Origin: Mustelus asterias
Lineage: Eukaryota
DNA: 64,000 nucleotides
NCBI RefSeq assembly: GCF_964213995.1
Contig: NC_135807.1
Location: 54,932,001-54,996,000 of the forward strand
Reading direction: 5' to 3'
Shown: positions 62,068 to 64,000 of the stretch, in pieces
Layout of the letters: every line of letters starts with the position of its first letter
How positions within the stretch are numbered: the first letter of the stretch is position 1
The notes under the pieces: generated by a model
Told to the model about the DNA's origin: nothing
What the model saw: the letters and a program-made list of their open reading frames with translations, nothing else
Databases searched by the model: none
Position numbers and translations under genes: made by a program

Positions 62068-63690
62068 GAATTCTGTTCACAAACAGGGCATATAAAGACA
62101 GACTCAATTTACAGAATAATAGTTGGAATGCGAATACTTACAGCTAATCAAGTCTTTAAGATACAAACAATGTGAGTGGAGAGAGCATCAAGACAGGCTA
62201 AAGAGATGTGTATTGTCTCCAGACAGGACAGCCAGTGAGACTCTGCAGGTCCAGGCAAGCTGTGGGGATTACAGATAGTGTGACATGAACCCAATATCCC
62301 GGTTGAGGCCGTCCTCATGTGTGCGCAACTTGGCTATCAGTTTCTGCTCAGCGACTCTGCGTCGTCATGTCTCGTGAGGGCCACTTTGGAGAACGCTTAC
62401 CCGAATATCAGAGGCCGAATGCCCATGACCACTGAAGTGCTCCCCAACAGGAAGAGAACAGTCTTGCCTGGTGATTGTCGAGCGGTGTTCATTCATCCAT
62501 TGTCGCAGCGTCTGCATGGTTTCCCCAATGTACCATGCCTTATGAGGTGACCGTCCATTAAGGACGGTCACCTCAGCACCTCACTACTCCGCAAGGCCAC
62601 GGATAACCTCACGATGCTCCACTTCTCCAGCTTCCACCCTAAACACGTTAAAGAAGCCATCCCCTACAGACAAGCCCTCCATAAACACAGGATCTGCTCG
62701 GATGAGGAGGATCACAACAGACACCACCAGACACTGAAAGATGCCCTCATAAGAACAGGATATGGCGCTCGACTCATCGATTGACAGTTCCTACGCGCCA
62801 CAGCGAAAAACCGCACCGACCTCCTCAGAAGACAAACACGGAACATGGTGGACAGAGTACCCTTCATCGTCCAGTAATTCCCCAGAGCAGAGAAGCTATG
62901 GCATCTCCTCCAGAGCCTTCAACATGTCATTGATGAAGACGAACATCTCGCCAAGGCCATCTCCACACCCCCACTTCTTGCCTTCAAACAACCGCACAGC
63001 CTCAAACAGACCATTGTCCGCAACAAACTACCCAGCCTTCAGGAGAACAGTGACCACGACACCACACAACGCTGCCACAGCAAACTCTGCAAGACATGCC
63101 AGATCATCGACACAGATGCCATCATCTCACGTGAGAACACCATCAGTACACGGTACATACTCTTGCAACTCAGCCAACGTTGTCTACCTGATACACTGCA
63201 GGAAAAGATGTCCCGAGGCATGGTACATTGGGGAAACCATGCAGACGTTGCGACAACGGATGAATGAACACCGCTTGACAATCACCAGGCAAGACTGTTC
63301 TCTTCCTGTTGGGGAGCACTTCAGCGGTCACGGGCATTCGGCCTCTGATATTCGGGTAAGCGTTCTCCAAGGCGGCCTTCACGACACACGATGGCGCAGA
63401 GTCGCTGAGCAGAAACTGATAGCCAAGTTCCGCACACATGAGGACGGCCTCAACCGGGATATTGGGTTCATGTCACACTATCTGTAACCCCCACAGCTTG
63501 CCTGGACCTGCAGAGTCTCACTGGCTGTCCTGTCTGGAGACAATACACATCTCTTTAGCCTGTCTTGATGCTCTCTCCACTCACATTGTTTGTATCTTAA
63601 AGATTTGATTAGCTGTAAGTATTTGCATTCCAACCATTATTCTGTAAATTGAGTCTATGTCTTTGTATGCCCTGTTTGTGAACAGAATTC

Positions 63691-63735
63691 CCACTCACCT
63701 GAAGAAGGGGCTGAAGGCTCCGAAAGCTTGTGTGG
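63691..63735 (+). ncRNA. Minimal hammerhead ribozyme motif in the PLE 3' terminal region
   Basis: ccactcac-CTGAAGA-a-ggggc-tgaag-gctcc-GAAA-gc-TT-gtgtgg. Confidence 0.75.
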
Positions 63736-64000
63736 CTTTTGCTACCAAATGAACCTGTTGGACTTTAACCTGGTGTTGTTAAACTTCTTACAGCCATAAC
63801 ACACCCAGGAGGAAGTGAGAGAGCAAGTCCACACCAGCGACATCGCTTGATCTGACATTTGCTGCCAGCTCAGACACTAGCACTGCGTGTGCATTGGAGT
63901 GGATACCTGCAGGTAGTGACTCGCCGGGTACACGTTTGTTGTAGATAGGGCAGGTGCAGGAGTAGTTTCTGAGATAGCTTCCTAGAAGAAGTATCCACAG

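Larger units (their letters stand above)
61967..63790 (+). mobile_element. Penelope-like element with a ~575-bp inverted 5' arm
   Basis: 61968-62541 is the reverse complement of ~63215-63790; interior has an RT thumb-like region (HFSSFHP) and GIY-YIG (VVYLIHC..WYIGET..LRQRMNEH); TSD cagccataacaca at 61954-61966 and 63791-63803. Confidence 0.95.

Overview
Repeat-dense vertebrate genomic DNA, very likely from a shark. The basis is the presence of HE1-type SINEs sharing 3' tails with CR1/HER1-type LINEs, which is established for elasmobranchs. I found no host protein-coding exon I can support, so the window looks intronic or intergenic. It is a nested set of CR1 LINEs, Rex1/Babar LINEs, two Penelope-like (PLE) families, one L1, PIF/Harbinger relics and MITEs, two solo LTRs, a Ty1/copia 3' remnant, SINEs and one tRNA-Ala sequence. 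I do not see a clearly new multi-gene system. The most notable signals are: minimal hammerhead ribozymes in PLE termini; fold-back micro-hairpins at PLE inversion junctions; a TSD-flanked, end-to-end L1 lacking the RT core; an 83-bp MITE-derived insert flanked by a 17-bp duplication; a tRNA-Ala head-to-tail with a SINE; and SINEs sharing one head but carrying two different tails. Family names come from motif recognition, not database searches, and boundaries of old repeats are approximate.
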